Assembly: GCA_963749545.1 (NCBI GenBank)
Contig: CAVVNG010000003.1
Location: 207,786 to 271,785, forward strand
DNA from: an uncultured Solirubrobacterales bacterium
Lineage (GTDB): Bacteria > Actinomycetota > Thermoleophilia > Solirubrobacterales > Solirubrobacteraceae
DNA: 64,000 bases
Reading direction: 5' to 3'
The position numbers and the translations under genes were made by a program. Shown here one piece after another: positions 63,117 to 64,000 of the stretch (positions within the stretch are counted from its first letter, which is position 1; each line of letters starts with the position of its first letter). A model generated the notes under the pieces. It ran no database searches and was not told where the DNA came from. It was given only the letters and a program-made list of their open reading frames with translations.

Positions 63117-63896
63117 ATGGATCTGGGCCTGGAGAACAAAGTGGCGGTCGTGACCGGGGCGAGTAAGGGGATCGGCTTGGCGATCGCCCACGCCCTCGCC
63201 GCGGAGGGCATGGGCGTCGTCGCTGGAGCCCTCACCGTCGATTCCATTCAAGCGCTCGACGGCATCACGCCAGTCGAAGTCGATCTCGCCGAACCTGACG
63301 GTCCCGCCTACCTGGTGGGAGAAGCTGTGACCCGCTTCGGTCAGGTCGACATCCTGGTCAACAACGTCGGCGCGGCCCACACCCGACTGGACGGCTTCCT
63401 AAGCGTCTCGGACGCCGATTTCGAGGCCTCCCTGCAGCTGAACTTCTTCGCCGCGCTGCGCGCCACGCGCGCGGCCGTCGAGGACATGGCCACGAGAAAG
63501 GACGGAACGATCGTCAACGTCGCCTCGGTCAACGCCTTCTTTGAACCAGACGGCGCGGTGATCGACTACGGAGCCGCCAAGGCCGCGCTCCTCAATCTCG
63601 CCAAATCACTCTCCCAGGAACTCGGTCCGCTCGGCATCCGAGTTACCAGCGTGTCCCCCGGGCCCGTGGCGACAGATCTCTGGCTCGGCGAGCACGGCGT
63701 CGCCCAGACCGTCGGCCGCGCCACCGGCGCAAGCCCAGATGCCGTACGAAATCAGATGGCCTCCCAGATGCCCAGCGGCCGATTCACAACTCCAGAAGAG
63801 GTCGCCACGATCGTGACCCTGCTCGCGTCACCCCGGATCGGAAACGTCACCGGAGCCAACTGGGTGATCGACGGCGGCCTGACGAAAACCACCTGA
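63117..63896 (+). CDS. SDR-family oxidoreductase
   Basis: The ATG at 63117 gives MDLGLENKVAVVTGASKGIGLA. Motifs are NNVG, YGAAKAAL (YxxxK) and SPGPVATD. Confidence 0.9.
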   Translation: MDLGLENKVAVVTGASKGIGLAIAHALAAEGMGVVAGALTVDSIQALDGITPVEVDLAEPDGPAYLVGEAVTRFGQVDILVNNVGAAHTRLDGFLSVSDADFEASLQLNFFAALRATRAAVEDMATRKDGTIVNVASVNAFFEPDGAVIDYGAAKAALLNLAKSLSQELGPLGIRVTSVSPGPVATDLWLGEHGVAQTVGRATGASPDAVRNQMASQMPSGRFTTPEEVATIVTLLASPRIGNVTGANWVIDGGLTKTT

Positions 63897-63923
63897 CCGA
63901 CGCACCCACCAGAGGAGCATGAG

Positions 63924-64000
63924 ATGAGCACGGAAGCACCGAACTCGACCAATACGATCGTGCTCATCCACGGACTGTGGATGACGCCGCTCAGTTGGGA
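63924..64000 (+). CDS. alpha/beta hydrolase, N-terminal part only (runs off the window)
   Basis: GGAG lies upstream of the ATG at 63924. MSTEAPNSTNTIVLIHGLWMTPLSW is a typical start of an alpha/beta-fold hydrolase. Confidence 0.4.
   Translation, partial: MSTEAPNSTNTIVLIHGLWMTPLSW

Overview
This is a very GC-rich chromosomal segment that looks like Actinomycetota (taxon not determinable from the sequence; G+C judged by eye, not computed). Coding density is high. I support about 45 protein-coding genes and see no rRNA, tRNA, CRISPR array, transposase or integrase. Most long ORFs in the six-frame track are Arg/Pro/Gly-rich antisense or off-frame shadows of the real genes, as expected at this GC content.

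Gene content in order:
- A DivIVA-domain protein and a glutaredoxin-like protein.
- A six-gene minus-strand catabolic operon with overlapping stop/start codons: APC permease, FGGY sugar/polyol kinase, fused FAD dehydrogenase, small ORF, SDR, NAD(P) oxidoreductase.
- An EamA transporter with a divergent XRE-cupin regulator.
- Remnants of a second FGGY kinase and of a D-serine-dehydratase/D-threonine-aldolase-like enzyme, plus a D-2-hydroxyacid dehydrogenase.
- A MarR/MFS efflux pair and, later in the window, a TetR/MFS efflux pair.
- Methyltransferases, a formylglycine-generating enzyme, an acyl-CoA synthetase and a class A PBP.
- Stand-alone LigD polymerase and phosphoesterase genes.
- An Rv1747-like FHA-FHA-ABC transporter operonic with a class A beta-lactamase-like hydrolase, next to two convergent paralogous Ser/Thr kinases.
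- An FAD monooxygenase, a SARP/NB-ARC/TPR regulator and a BBE-like oxidase.
- A membrane protein with three tandem thioredoxin folds.
- A zinc-ribbon/adenylate cyclase/AAA/TPR protein.
- An extremely glycine-rich secreted protein.
- An acylphosphatase-like/LigD-PE fusion, a homocysteine methyltransferase and an LCAT-like lipase.
- A SARP/TM/beta-propeller/SBP5 one-component receptor divergent from a PD40 propeller protein.
- A GATase1, a frameshifted LuxR-type large ATPase regulator and an SDR.

I found no clear-cut new multi-gene system. The observations most worth a second look are:
1. An unusual density of disrupted or chimeric genes: three single-site frameshifts, plus deletion junctions that join gene fragments. 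One junction is an in-frame kinase/aldolase-tail chimera.
2. An uncharacterised tandem 4-Cys extracellular module on one Ser/Thr kinase, within an FHA-ABC/kinase signalling neighbourhood.
3. Several unusual domain fusions: SARP-TM-propeller-SBP, the triple thioredoxin fold, acylphosphatase-like-LigD PE, and the poly-Gly ALK-like glycine-rich protein.

All family assignments come from motif recognition by eye and need profile searches to confirm.
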